In this document: positions 14,688 to 28,653 of the stretch, in pieces
Layout of the letters: every line of letters begins with the position of its first letter
Position numbering within the stretch: the first letter of the stretch is position 1
Notes under the pieces: generated by a model
What the model was told of the DNA's origin: nothing
The model's database searches: none
What the model saw: only the letters and a program-made list of their open reading frames with translations
Program-made: the position numbers and the translations under genes
Source: Octopus sinensis
Lineage: Eukaryota
Reading direction: 5' to 3'
Assembly (NCBI RefSeq): GCF_006345805.1
Contig: NW_021832433.1
Location: forward strand, 74,503 to 138,502
Length of the DNA: 64,000 nucleotides

Positions 14688-15470
14688 GTGGAGATGGACA
14701 AGAAACAATAAATCATATTATCTCTGGCTGCCCAGTCCTGGTTAAGAAGGAATATATTCACAGACATGACAGAGTTGGAACCTACATACACTGGAAGCTA
14801 TGCCAACATTATGGAATAACAACAGAAAAAAGATGGTATAGGCACACACCAGAAAAGGTCACAGAAAACGAGAAAGCAACCATACTCTGGGATATGCCGA
14901 TACACACAGATAGAGAAATTAAGGCCAACAGACCAGATATAGTTGTCAGAGATCATGAAGAAAAAAAATGCTTTCTAATTGATGTATCAATACCAGCAGA
15001 TGACAACGTGTCTCTAAAAGAAATGGAGAAACTTTCAAAATACAAAGACCTGGAAATAGAGGTAACCAGAATGTGGAATCTAAAAACAGAAACAATTCCT
15101 ATCATAGCATTAGGCATAATAAAAAAATATTCAGACAAATACATAACAAAAACACCAGGACTTACAAACACATATAACATACAGAAAATTGCACTACTAG
15201 GCACTGTACACATCCTACGTAGAACACTTTCCATACAATAACCATCAGAGCATCACAACAAATCACAGCACATACCCAAGGCACACAGAGCTGCGTTTAC
15301 TTGATTGCATCGGTAGCATTACTTGATTCTTACATTATCTTATCGCGCCCCCATCAGAGGAATATAACAATATTAATAACAACAACAATACAATAATAAC
15401 AATATCAAACAATGGTTTAAGGTCTCTGGGAGAGACATGGAACAACTTGCATAAAAATAAAGGAATATCA
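14688..15470 (+). mobile_element. R4/Dong-like non-LTR retrotransposon 3' fragment (restriction-like endonuclease)
   Basis: ETINHIISGC..L..KEY..RHDRVG..IHWKLC, then PIHTDREIKANRPDIVVRDHEEKKCFLIDVSIP...KYKDL...QKIALLGTVHILRRTLSIQ*. PD..D endonuclease and knuckle remnant; flanked by (AAT)n. Confidence 0.85.
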
Positions 15471-15508
<38 letters not shown>

Positions 15509-15669
15509 TAATAATAATAATAATAATAACAATAATAACAATAATAATAATAATAATTATAGAAAGAAGAAAAAGAAATGAATAAAAGAAAAATAAGGGT
15601 TAATAATACACCCCCGATTTTAAAAAAAACATGCTATAGATTTTCGTTGTAAAATGGTTTTGTACTTAC

Positions 15670-15784
15670 CTCCATTTGACTTCCACAACTTCAGGATTTC
15701 ACCAAGTTGGGTGACAACCTCAAAAGAATTGGTGATGTTTACCGAACTGATTTCTTGACCAATCGCTAGATGGCCCTGCAAGGC
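15670..15784 (-). CDS. FAS1-domain protein, exon E (phase 0 to 1)
   Basis: Acceptor ctcttccctctactgcAG|GCC, donor GGAG|GTAAGT. 115 nt encoding ALQGHLAIGQEISSVNITNSFEVVTQLGEILKLWKSNG; paralogous to exon B and in frame with exon D. Confidence 0.88.
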
Positions 15785-16109
15785 CTGCAGTAGAGGGAGA
15801 AGAGAATACGTTGATACAATGGCAATGATATAAAATGACATGGGTTAATCAAATTAATCATCTAATGAGTTGACATCATCATAGTAATCGACATCATTAT
15901 CACTAACATCATCACGATCATCGTGATCACTATCATCGGCATTATGATCCATATATTCATCACCAACGCCGCCACAATCATCACCAACGCCGCCACAATA
16001 GTCGTCAAACTGATCATCCCCACCGCCACAGGTTGTAAAACAATATCAGACAAATGCGTGGTTCGATCTAAAATGCTTTTTATTCGATGACCACGAAATA
16101 ACAGCAATG

Positions 16110-16141
<32 letters not shown>

Positions 16142-16306
16142 TTCTTCTATAGGCGCAAAGCTTGAAATTTTGGGAGATGGCGCTAGTCGATTAGATCGAC
16201 TCCATTACGCAACTGGTAGTTAACTCATCGACCCCGAACGGATGAAAGGCAAAGTCAACCTCGGCGGAATTTGAACTCAGTACGTAAAGACAGACAAAAA
16301 ACCGCT

Positions 16307-16900
16307 AAGATACTTTTGACTGAGTGCAGTGTAATAGCACCAAAAGTGTATAAACGCAGACATGACTCTGTAGGCAAAAGAATGCATTGGGATGTTAGCC
16401 GAGTGTGTGGTTTCAAAGCAACAGGAGAGTTGTATGAACCAGAGGCTGTGATAGAAAATGAGAATTACAAGATCTTGTGGAACTTCGTCATAAAAACTGA
16501 CCGTGTTATTGAGGCAAGAAAACCAGACATGTTTATAGAACACAAAATAAAGAAAACAATGCTAAGATGAGAGGTTTTGTTATTCCCTGAGATAACAGAT
16601 TCGATAACAAGGAATTTGGAAACAATTGAGAAATATCAGGATCTAGGCAGAGAAGCGAGGAGTCTGTGGAGGACCAAGGCAACAATTCTTCCAGTAGTAA
16701 TTGGTGAACTTGGCACAACACCCTAAAAATGCTACCTAAAAGACTGGGATAGATTGGAATTGAAACTCGCGTTGTCGACTTGAAGAAAATTACCATTCTA
16801 TATTTTGCAAGAATTCTAAGCAAGATTCTTGAGATTTGAGGAGACTTGTTGTCACAAAACCCCAGGATAAAATATCTCCAAACTAAATTAGAATGCACTA
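16307..16900 (+). mobile_element. R4/Dong-like LINE 3' fragment, degenerate
   Basis: YKRRHDSVGKRMHW..ENENYKILWNFVIKTDRVIEARKPD; followed by (AAT)n at about 16905-17003. Confidence 0.8.
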
Positions 16901-16903
16901 GCC

Positions 16904-16939
<36 letters not shown>

Positions 16940-16941
16940 TG

Positions 16942-17005
<64 letters not shown>

Positions 17006-17977
17006 GCTAATACCAGCAGAATATCAAACACTTAAGGATCAAAATTCAGTCGTTTACACTGGCCCCAGTTTATAACTAGTAATTAATTTTATCAACGTCG
17101 AAGGCATAATATGCGAAGCTGACCTCATGGGATTTTAATGTTTCTTGCCATACGTACAAAGTGTTAGAAATTTGGAGGAGGTGTAAGTCAATACTATCGA
17201 CGCCATTACTTCACTGATAATTTAATTTCTCGACAATGAAATGATGAAGGGCAAAATTGACTTGGACATGAATTGAACTCAGGAAGAAAGAGCCCAAGGC
17301 AGTTTGTTCGACGCTCTAAAGATCCTTCCACGGAGTGTCAATGAACGTTTAACACGATCACCCAAGAATAGTGAACATAAAAAGAGTTTGTTGTCCTCCT
17401 TAGACTAGTGGCCTGATGTGAAATGATGCAATTATATGAACTCTCAATGAAGAATCCACGAAACAAATGATGGAGTTAAAAGGGAGTAAAAGATGAATTT
17501 TACATGTGAAAAACTTGAAACAGAGGTTCCGCCAATCAGCTTTCTCGCAGGCCTCAACTAGAACAACTTCATTCACACGATATTGGCGTCTGCGAAGGAG
17601 TTGCGTACAAAAACCTACCCAAGTGAGAGGCGAACACAGATCTAGCGATGGCGAAGCTAACATTGATTAATACCACACCAAGTCAGAACCTCGATCCAAA
17701 TTAAGAGTGTGGCCTTGTGCCAGACTGAGAAATTACTGTGGTTGCAAACACTGACTATGATATTGTAGAAGACGCCATTATTGATGTCAAATGTTTGTAG
17801 CAAAATTTACGGTGTTTATGTCCGCCATTAATTATACTGTGTGTTCCAAAGACATATGCATGATTAAAGCAAGTCTTAATAATTCAAGAGGCGGTCAGTT
17901 TATTTATTCTGTAACGTTGTGGTTACATGTGTGTTTGTTTTTGATGATGAATGCATTGTATATAATTATATTTATAT

Positions 17978-18034
<57 letters not shown>

Positions 18035-18194
18035 ATACATGTGTACATATATATGATACATATATGCAACTCTGTGTGTGTATGTAGCTATCTATAGTAA
18101 TTGTATCTTCTTTCTTTCTCTCTCCCTCACACACACACACACACACACACTCTCATTCAAATATGTAAAACATCTTGGCAGACCATTGGATCTG

Positions 18195-18345
18195 TATCCA
18201 TGACAAAGTTCTTACAAATAAAAGGATTCAACAACTTCTGTGAGTTGTGGCTGGCTAGTATGGTTCCATCAACAATGTAATTGCCTCACATGAAGCTACT
18301 TACAAGACAATCTCGTTGGGAAATGAGATCAACCCACAATTAGGA
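18195..18345 (+). mobile_element. Mariner transposase remnant
   Basis: IHDKVLTNKRIQQLL*VVAG*YGSINNVI resembles the mariner second HTH (IHD.V..DRR.......GISYGS...II). Confidence 0.45.
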
Positions 18346-19320
18346 CGATTCACTCGTCGTTATTGAACAAATTCCTCTTACCAAAATTCCGAGGAATCAG
18401 CTTATAAATTTGTCTTTGATATTTTAAGCAATATCACAGTATTGCAGTATAATTCAGTGCATAGTATCACAGTATTGCAGTGCGCAAAATGTGAACGTTT
18501 GACTGTGCTAGTAAGTTTTCAAAATTATGTGTTGTATTCACGTTACGTTACAAGCATTTTGTAGAAAATTCTATCGATTTCCATGAAGGCTAACAATTTC
18601 TAAATCTGTTTGAAAAGTGATTTGGCACGAAACTCTAAAATTCTGAGACACTAAAATAGCTATGCCAGTTAATAATATTTCAATAGCAGTTGCAAGCTGT
18701 ACTGAATATCTCACTGTGAAATAAATTCGATTTAACATAGACTGCATTCACTGTCTTGAGAGAGAGAGAGAGAAGAGAGAGAGGAATTTCAATCAGATGC
18801 CGGTGAGGAGGGTTGTATCTCAATGTGAGTTTGTGACTAAATTCATATGTGTATACATTAAGTCTGACAAACAGCTAGCTACTTGAATCTTATACTGCTT
18901 CCGCTGTATATAAGGGATTTTCAAACAACCGGGCGGCAACTTGCATCGTCAGTGATTGTTGATCCACTGTTTCTTAAATATCTAAAGGCATGAGGTGGAA
19001 TTTAAGTGGGATTTAAATATCTAAAGGCATGAAATGGTATTTAAGTACAGGCTATTGATAGAATCCAACGAGCAAGAAATACATACAGTTTTCTCAGCAC
19101 CAGTGGCGGAGACGATTTTCGCCTCCCACTAATATATATTTTGTTTTTAAACACTGCACGTCCATAAGAAATATTATCGTTAGAAGAATACCGAAGTAAA
19201 TTTGCCTTTTATCATGTATTTACATAACGTATGACACACAGACTTCTATCTTAATCTAACCACTTCTGTGACATATACATACATACATACATATACATAT
19301 ATATATATATATATATTTAC

Positions 19321-19378
<58 letters not shown>

Positions 19379-19665
19379 CAGAGAGAGAGAGAGATAAAGA
19401 AAGATAGTATTACATATTACAAACATGTGTGTGTAACAGACATTACTACTGCGTAACTATGGAAGTATAAACATTAATGAGGCTAATTAAGTTAGTGTTA
19501 GTTGCATAAACTACTTCCAAATTAGTGTTTGTTGCATCAGACACTCGCGCTCCCCCCTCTCATAAACAACTGAGAAATAATCTTTTGAACTTTTCTCAGC
19601 TGAAATTTTAGTTAATTTTACAGACATTCCATGTTTTATTGCCTTCACATCAGATATATATATAT

Positions 19666-19791
<126 letters not shown>

Positions 19792-21005
19792 GTGGATATA
19801 GAGTAATACAATTATCTAAAAGGTGCACATAACAACACGTATTTTCACATACAAGATGACATGCACTATATAACTACGAGCGCTCTCTACCCGTCTTTTT
19901 TCTCAGCCTATCAGTGTGTGTGTGTGTATACAGATATGTATGTGTGCGTGTGTATATAAGTGTGTGTGTGCATGTGTGTATATATATATATATATGTATG
20001 TTTGTGCATGTAACCTATATATATATGAGGATATAATATATATATTATATATCTGCTTTTAATGCGCTATAAACACATAGGTGTCCACATATAAATATAT
20101 GCGTGTATACATAGAAACATGCGCATGCGAAAAGGTTTACGCATTCTGTCGTTTAGCAACTGTCGAACTCTAAGGAAGTATGCCTGTGGTAAAAGGTATT
20201 CCAGTAACGACCACTACGCCTTTATAGAAGAATTTCTTTGTCTGCATTTATCTAGTGTTTCATTCCAATTTCTAAAGTGTTCGGACAAAATTTCTTCCAT
20301 AAAGTTTGGAGGAGAAATTGTTGTGTCTCAAAACAGAGGAGGTTTAGATCTTTTAAACTTGTCCAAAATAAAGAAACTGGAATTAGAATGAGCCAATTTG
20401 TTTTCGCCTTAGTCAGAAGCGATTCTGATTGGTCCGTCCCTGGCTTCAACTCTGCAACCTTTGTTACATAGAATTCTCATTTTCATCGTTATTACCACAG
20501 GAAATTACTCTGATGAACTTTCTCTCATAGTTTCATTCCCTTTGTGCCATCTGACCAGACTCGCAGCATCTTCATACAAATGCTGATGTGCTTCCACAAA
20601 CCAGCAAGTCTTTCTAAAATAGTCACTTCTTCTCTCGGAATGCCAGATTTTGGAACTCTCTTCCATCTCATTATCTTCCTCCTACTTATGACCATTTCAA
20701 GTCAAAAGTAAATTTATTCAATTCATTTTGAGTTCTCCTTTTTCAAAGTCCCTTACACGAACTGGCTTTTGCCTTGTTTGGCAATTTCTTACGACGAAAA
20801 ACGAAAAGTAAAAAAAATTAGGAGAGTGGGAAAAAATATTTCAGTTTTCTTTTCTTCAATTTGGATGATCCCCGAGTTTGTCATTGTGAGAACCAGTTGC
20901 CGAGTGAGGTGCAGGTGGCGAGTGTGATCATATCTATGCGCATATTACGAATTGCTGCGCATAACCAAAACAAAAGTTTAAAAAGGACACTGTGTGGCTC
21001 AGTAA

Positions 21006-21221
21006 CCCTTTAGCATTCAGAATGCTCTGCCAAATGTAATACTTATTCGCTCACATTGTTTTGAAATAATCATGCATTATCTCATGGTTTCGAGATTCTG
21101 ATGATGTGCTTGTTCATTTTTAGTATGACATTGTAGGATAGGCGCCAGAGGCTGGAGCTGGCCGGTTTTAATATAAACCAGAATATTTGGGATTCAAATG
21201 ACCAGTTTAAATACAAAAGGG
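21006..21221. mobile_element. piggyBac-like MITE
   Basis: Starts (g)taa-CCCTTTAGCATT and ends ATACAAAAGGG-aaaa: decayed CCCTTTAGCATT TIR with decayed TTAA flanks. Confidence 0.55.
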
Positions 21222-21495
21222 AAAAAAGCTATGTCTTGTTGGCTGCTGCTGCTGCTGGTCGGCCTACTGGCCACGATATTGCGAAGGTAGGACTGGTCGG
21301 TGGTCATCTGTTTTTCTTCATCTATAAAATCGTTCTATCTTCTTAGTGGTCTGCAGCTAATGAGGTTGTCGATGTCGTTGTTACACCTTTAGCGCATGCG
21401 CATCAGCTTGCATGTGTAGGTGGATATAGATCAATATACATTGTACAGTTTGGGATTGATATATCTGGTAGAGAGAATGTTACAATCTCACTCTT

Positions 21496-21578
<83 letters not shown>

Positions 21579-21698
21579 GTGTTGTTGTTGTGTTTTGTGT
21601 TTGTGTGTATGTATATAACCACGCTCACTGAAGTGTAGTGCAATATGAATATGTGTATCTATTTATCTAGCTCTCTCTCTATATATATAAGTATATAT

Positions 21699-21748
<50 letters not shown>

Positions 21749-21819
21749 ATATATATACATATGTATATATATATTTATGCATATATAGATATACATATCT
21801 ATTATTACGTATATATAAA

Positions 21820-21891
<72 letters not shown>

Positions 21892-22828
21892 AGCTCCATA
21901 CGCGTGTTTAATCACTGAGGGAAAGCTCCATATACATATACACACATGTATATGCAAATATATATACATACGTATATATATACACACTCACTGATACGCC
22001 TTTGGAGCAGGACGGAAGTGGAAAGATACTAAAATAACGGTGTTACGTAACTTTAATGCATTTCCTGATAAGAAGGTATCATCTAATGTAATAACGCAAT
22101 GCGTCAAGACTAGAAGGAGTCAGCGCCATAGGTCACGTGATATTCTTCCATTATAATAATGCTTCTTTCCTAAACCTTTAAACCTTCGCTAAACATTAGA
22201 GAGAATGCTGTACAGGTCTTTGAAACGATGAACTTGTCATTTGCGTCAGTGTTTTTCCTGGTGTGAACTGAGAACTTTCAAGATATCCAGTTGGCCCGCT
22301 TAACAGCTTTTACGTTTCCACATATGAGCGCGCGCGTGTGTGTGTGTGTGTTGTGTGTGTGTGTGTGTGTGTGCTTGTGTGTGTGTGCATGCGTGTATAA
22401 AATAATATATATATATATATATATATACATACATAGGTATGTGTGTGTATATATACATATATATATATGTATGTATATATATATAGATATATATATAATA
22501 TATATATATATTATATGGGTGCGAGTATATGTATATATGTATGTATATATTTTATCATTAATTAAAATCTAGGGTAGCAAGAATATTCATCGAAAAATTC
22601 TTAGTTACCAGTGGTCAGCGAGAAAGAAAAATTAGTCAATAGACTATACATTATTCAGGGAAGAAATTAGTGTACGTTCACTTTCGGAATTACAACAATT
22701 GATGGCTCGGAGTTTTAACTGCTCTTTCTAGCGAGTCAGATATCCTATTCTTCGGGTACCTCTTTTGTGTATGTATGTATATAAGTACATCTCTATGTAT
22801 ATCTGTGTGTATGTATGCGCATATATAC

Positions 22829-22874
<46 letters not shown>

Positions 22875-22881
22875 GTATCTA

Positions 22882-22939
<58 letters not shown>

Positions 22940-22972
22940 CCGATCTATATCCTATCTCCTCTCTCTATCTAT

Positions 22973-23071
<99 letters not shown>

Positions 23072-23084
23072 TCTTTTACTCTTA

Positions 23085-23286
23085 CTCTTTACTCTTTTAC
23101 TTGTTTCACTCATTTGACTGTGGCCATGCTGGAGCACCGCCTTTAATCGACCAAATCGACCCCGGGACTATTCATTGTAAGACCAGTACTTATTCTATCG
23201 GTCTCTTTTTGCCGAACCGCTAAGTGACGGGGACGTAAACACTCCAACATCGGTTGTCAAGCAATGCTAGGGGGACAAACACAGAT

Positions 23287-23347
<61 letters not shown>

Positions 23348-23520
23348 CATATATACGACGGGTTTCTTTCAGTTTCCGTCTACCGAATCCACTCACAAGG
23401 CATTGGTCGGCCCGGGGCTATAGCAGAAGACATTTGCCCAAGATGCCACGCAGTGGGACTGAACCCGGAACCATGTGGTTGGTTAGCAAGCTACTTACCA
23501 CACAGCCACTCCTGCGCCTA
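23085..23520 (-). mobile_element. SINE family A, full length with internal (TA)n
   Basis: Head GGCGCAGGAGTGGCTGTGTGGTAAG..GGGTTCAGTCCC, internal microsatellite, tail ..GACTGAAACAAGTAAAAGAGTAAAAGAG. Confidence 0.9.
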
Positions 23521-23672
23521 TATATATATATATAAGTTATCTATATGTGTATATATATATATATATATATGTTTTGCTTTTATGTTCAGTTATAATAAAA
23601 ACAATTTTATATCAATCTGTGGGTTTACTCTGTACCTTTCTGGAGTAAGTTGTTATTATTCTTTAACAGGAA

Positions 23673-24030
23673 TAGTACTGACAGTGACATCGAAGTTTCG
23701 ACCTGCTAAGCGATCATTTATAAATATAGACATATTTATATGAATATATGCATATCTACATAGTATATTTATGCAAATGCAAATATATATCTGTATATGC
23801 ATACGTCTCACACTCATATGTAAACGTAGATGTATAGAAATTTAATGATGTATATGTATATGCTTGTATATGCCTATTCTACACACACACACACACACAC
23901 ATACTGACATATATAACTGAACAAAAATAGTGCTGAAAGGGACTTCGATGTTTTGACCCACTAAGTCATCATCGGACACTTCAATGGTGGTTTATATGGT
24001 TGAAACTTCGAAGTCACTGTCAGTGCTATT
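23673..24030. mobile_element. Cluster of three degenerate hammerhead-like motifs (probable Penelope-like terminal-repeat relic)
   Basis: Shared GAAACTTCGAAGTC-ACTGTCAG-type motif at 23673-23720 (-), 23928-23983 (-, CCGATGATGAC..GTCAAAACATCGAAGTC) and 23981-24030 (+). Direct and inverted arrangement, lying between TA/CA runs. Confidence 0.5.
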
Positions 24031-24171
24031 TCAGTTAAAAAATAAACATCTGTTTCATATCAACGAAAAATTATATTATATTTGAAAACAAATACAAACA
24101 ATAATGTGAAGAAATAAAACAAAGGCAGAGACGACTACGGTAAAATAACTCAATATAAGATTAGTGGAATG

Positions 24172-24275
<104 letters not shown>

Positions 24276-25944
24276 GAGAGAGAGAAAGTATGAAAATGTT
24301 ATGACAAGCCAGGTTAAATTCAGAGAACCTCCTTTGTCAGGCACCCCATGTCCCATCTAGAGGTGATAACCTCAAACTCAATGTGAAGAAAATGGAGAAA
24401 TACGTTCTTATATAGAATTAATTAGTTCATATATTAATCAATGATGCGTTAAGTAATTTTCTACTTGTACTAATTGCCAAATATACATTACCAGACAATT
24501 TATTCCGGATATGTCTTGATATAAATATCCTATTTTTGTCTGTGAAATCCACTTGTTCTATGTGGAGAGTGGCGTTAGAGATTTGAAGGGCAAGAGAAAA
24601 TCAACTTTTATGGTCTAAGATGTGTTACGAGATGGGAAATATCTCTGAGTGGCCAGTAGCGTTTATAGGAATAACCAAGACAAATACAGGTCTGTCAATT
24701 ACCATACAACATAAATTATAGATTTATTAAAACTGCCTCTAACTCTCGAGGCTATAAGTTGTACTCCATGGTGTTTGATATACCTGTAATACACAGACGC
24801 ATGCGCGCGTGTGTGCGAAGGCCCGTGGCCTTGTGGTTAGATTGTTGAACTCACGATCGCAGTATCCTGGTCTCGATTCCTGCAGCGGCGACGCTTTTTG
24901 TTCTTGAGCAAAACATTTAATTTTACGTCATTCCAGTCCACTAAGCTGTAAATGGCTCAACCTGCGACGAACTGACCTTGCGATCAGGCTTGCCGTCTTG
25001 CTAGCCGCGTGGCATAATTCGAAAGTAAAAATAAAGCGAGGACATGCACTGTGACCAGTGGTGTGTGGCAATTTCAATCGATTGAGTATAATAACGTAAT
25101 ATACACATACATGCATAGATACATATACTCACACCCATAAATATATATGAATATTGAAAGCTCCGAATAAACCGTCCTTGTTTTTTTCCTATCCTTTTTT
25201 GTATCGTCTAACTGTCCGAATGATTTCTTGTCGCCTGTTATGTTCTTGTTCCAATTTTTCTTTTGATTTTTTTTACATACCTATAGCGGCGTACGTACAC
25301 TTTCGGTCTCCTGTATCTAAGTACATATTAAATATATATATAAATTCTGTACGACTCTTTTACTCTTTCCTTTAGCCCCCTCACACTTTCTTCGTTGCTT
25401 CCACTTTTCTTTTTCTCGCTTCCATCCTCTCTCACATTCCTTGACCTTTCCTTCTTTCTCATCACTTCCTCCTCCTTTATTTCACTCTATCCCTACCTTT
25501 TTTCTCTCTCGTCCCTCCATAATCCTTCAATCCCTGTACTCCCTACCTCTCTCCTCTCCTTCCAAGTGACCGGTGTTCGGCCAATCCTGACCTTTCTTGC
25601 TTGGTTCGACTACCATCCATGCAGCATCTCTTATATTCCTTCCCCTGATTTTCATCCTCGTTGATGCTGTTCAAGGTTTGGTATATCCAATTCTCCATAA
25701 TCCTCGTACGTATGACTCTTTTCGATTTTTGCAACCCACATAATTGGAGATTGTATAAATATTAAATATTGTTGTGGTCGTTGTGTTTAGCCCTAGGATC
25801 AGCCTAACCGAATACAATTATGATCAGAGGCAAACCGTCGAAAGCCAACCCGTTTTCAATAACTTAATTACTCAAACTATCCTTGCGTTTATAGAGAAAA
25901 GAGCGAGTGATTTGAGGGATGTTGTGCTCTTATTTTTAGCATAT

Positions 25945-26345
25945 ATAGGCGCAGGAGTGGCTGCGTGGTAAGTAGCTTGCTTACCATCCACATGGTTCTG
26001 GGTTCAGTCCTACTGCCTGGCACTGTGGGCAAAGTATCTTCTACTATAGCCTCGGGCCGATCAAAGCCTTGTAAGTGGATTTGGTAGACGGAAACTGAAA
26101 GAAGCCCGTCGTATATATATATATGTGTGTATGTGTATTTGTGTGTGTTTGTGTGTGTCCCCACAACATCGCTTGACAATCGATGCTGGTGTGTTTTTAT
26201 CCTCGTAACTTAGCGGTTCGGCAAAAGATACCGATAGAATAAGTACTAGGCTTACAAAAAATATGTCATGGAATCGATTTGTTCGACTAAAGGCGGTGCT
26301 CCAGCATGGCCTCAGTCAAACGACTGAAACAAGTAAAAGAATATC
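25945..26345 (+). mobile_element. SINE family A, full length
   Basis: Head, internal TA/TG run and 3' tail all present. Confidence 0.85.
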
Positions 26346-26925
26346 GAGTGACCGACAGCTTCTTCACCATATTTGTTTCACGCAAACATACATATATATG
26401 TATATGCACCTGTGTATAATAAGCTCCCATACACAAATAAGTGTGTGCGCGTCTGTATCTACACACGTACACATGCATAGATATATATTTACGCGTATAT
26501 TTATAAATGTATATATACAAATGGATATACGAGTGTGTTTGTATTAAATGGTAGAGAGGTGGGGGTGTACACTGGGGTTGAATGCTGTGGCAGCCTTTCC
26601 TTCAGTGTCAGTGCATTAGCGGTGACGTGTGTGAGAGTGAAATGATTAGAGTCCGGAGATTGAGACAGCGCCGCAGTTACGGTTTTACCGGAAGCTCACC
26701 TCCAGCTCTAAACGTCACTAACCAAACCATGCAGTCCCCACTCCTCCCCTACGCCCATTTTCTTCGATTCTTCGCCTCCACCACCATTTTGACTTGCATT
26801 ACCCCCCCCCCACACACACACACATACCGTACATCACTACACGCCAATTCACCTCACCACAATTCGCTACACATCGCCGACAGTTGACGACGAAGCACAA
26901 GAAATAATAATAATAATAATAATAA

Positions 26926-27034
<109 letters not shown>

Positions 27035-27624
27035 TAATAATAATAATAATAATCGTAACAACAACAACAACACTGCCATAAAGATGGCCGCTTTCCTTGG
27101 AGTGCTTCCTCGTTTATCGACCGAAAATGGTGTTGTGTTAAGCACTCCCAGCAGGCTTTGGAATAATTTCCGGTCTGAAAATCTCCGTGAAGTAGTCATC
27201 TCAGCAGGAATTTGATGAGAACATGATGCCAACCGATTTAAAAACGTCCAATATAGTAGATTCCCTTAATCTGTTCGTTAAAGCGTTCCTATTTCTATGG
27301 TTCACTTTTTAAATTTGAAGCTGAAATTAAAGCTATTATCAACGAACGCTGTTTCTTTATAATGTACTTATTTATTTATACATTCTGTATATGCAATATT
27401 TCTGGTGCATTCTCACATCTATCAATCTCTCTCTTTAAATACATATACACATCTATATCTGCACATAGACACACACATATGCACACACACAGAATATATA
27501 TATATATACATACACATACACACAATATATATATCTATAGATACATACATACATGCAATATATATATTATATATACACACAATATATATAATATATATAC
27601 ATACACACTATATATATAAATATA

Positions 27625-27657
<33 letters not shown>

Positions 27658-28439
27658 GATACACATACATACACTCCTTATATATACAATATATATATAT
27701 ATACTATATATATATATAAACATACATACATTCACTCAATATAGATACAATATATATATATACATACATACATAAATGCATACACTCAATATATATACAA
27801 TGTATATACATACATATGCATATACATACATACATACATACATACATACATACATACATACATACATACATACATACATACATACACAAAGATATGCAGA
27901 AACAATTTTTCCATCACTTTAACAGTATCATAGACAGTAATTTTCTGTTAATCTCTCTCTCTCCTTCTCTCCTTCTCACGCACTATGCTTTCTACATATG
28001 TGTGTGTGTGTGTTCATGCCTGTAATAGTAGACGTGTAAATCTAGTGCCGCAGGAAACCCGACCTGTAATACATCGACCTCTGTCACTTATGTCAGTATT
28101 GTAATATTGACAAACCTATTAAAACACAACATCTATATTAGTCTACGTGGCGACAGTTTTATTATAACGATAGCAATAATAGTGCTTTCAAATTCTGGCT
28201 CAAGGCCAGCAACACTAGGTGGTGTCGGTGGGGTGGGGGTGTTGAATTGATTACACTGACCCCCAGTGCTTAACTGGTTCTTATTTTATCGATCTCATAA
28301 AGATGAAAGGGAAAGTCAACCTTGACGGAACTTGGCGAAATAGCGTTAAGCGGTTTGACCGGCGTGTTATCAATTGTGTCACCACGCCGCCCTAACAACA
28401 ATGCATGTGCACGTGTGTGCGTTATATATATATATATAA

Positions 28440-28616
28440 GGCGAGCTGGCAGAAACGTTAGCGCGCCAGGCGAAATGCTTAGCGGTATTTCTTCTGCCGT
28501 TACCTTCTGAGTTCAAATTCCGCCGAGGTCGACTTTGCCTTTCATCCTTTCGGGGTCGATAAATAAAGTACCAGTTATGCATCTCTCCTCTATGTTTTGC
28601 CCCTTGTGGGCAATAA

Positions 28617-28620
<4 letters not shown>
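28440..28620 (+). mobile_element. SINE family B copy
   Basis: Same head and body as 3522-3751, with an internal deletion. Confidence 0.85.

Positions 28621-28653
<33 letters not shown>

Noticed and set aside
18560-18716. Acceptor-like site on the minus strand with a hydrophobic open frame (possible GPI tail)
   Set aside because: Lies between exons D and E, its phase does not match exon D, and it has no homology support.
25543-25734. ORF faintly resembling a Penelope GIY-YIG C-terminus
   Set aside because: Similarity too weak to support without a profile search.
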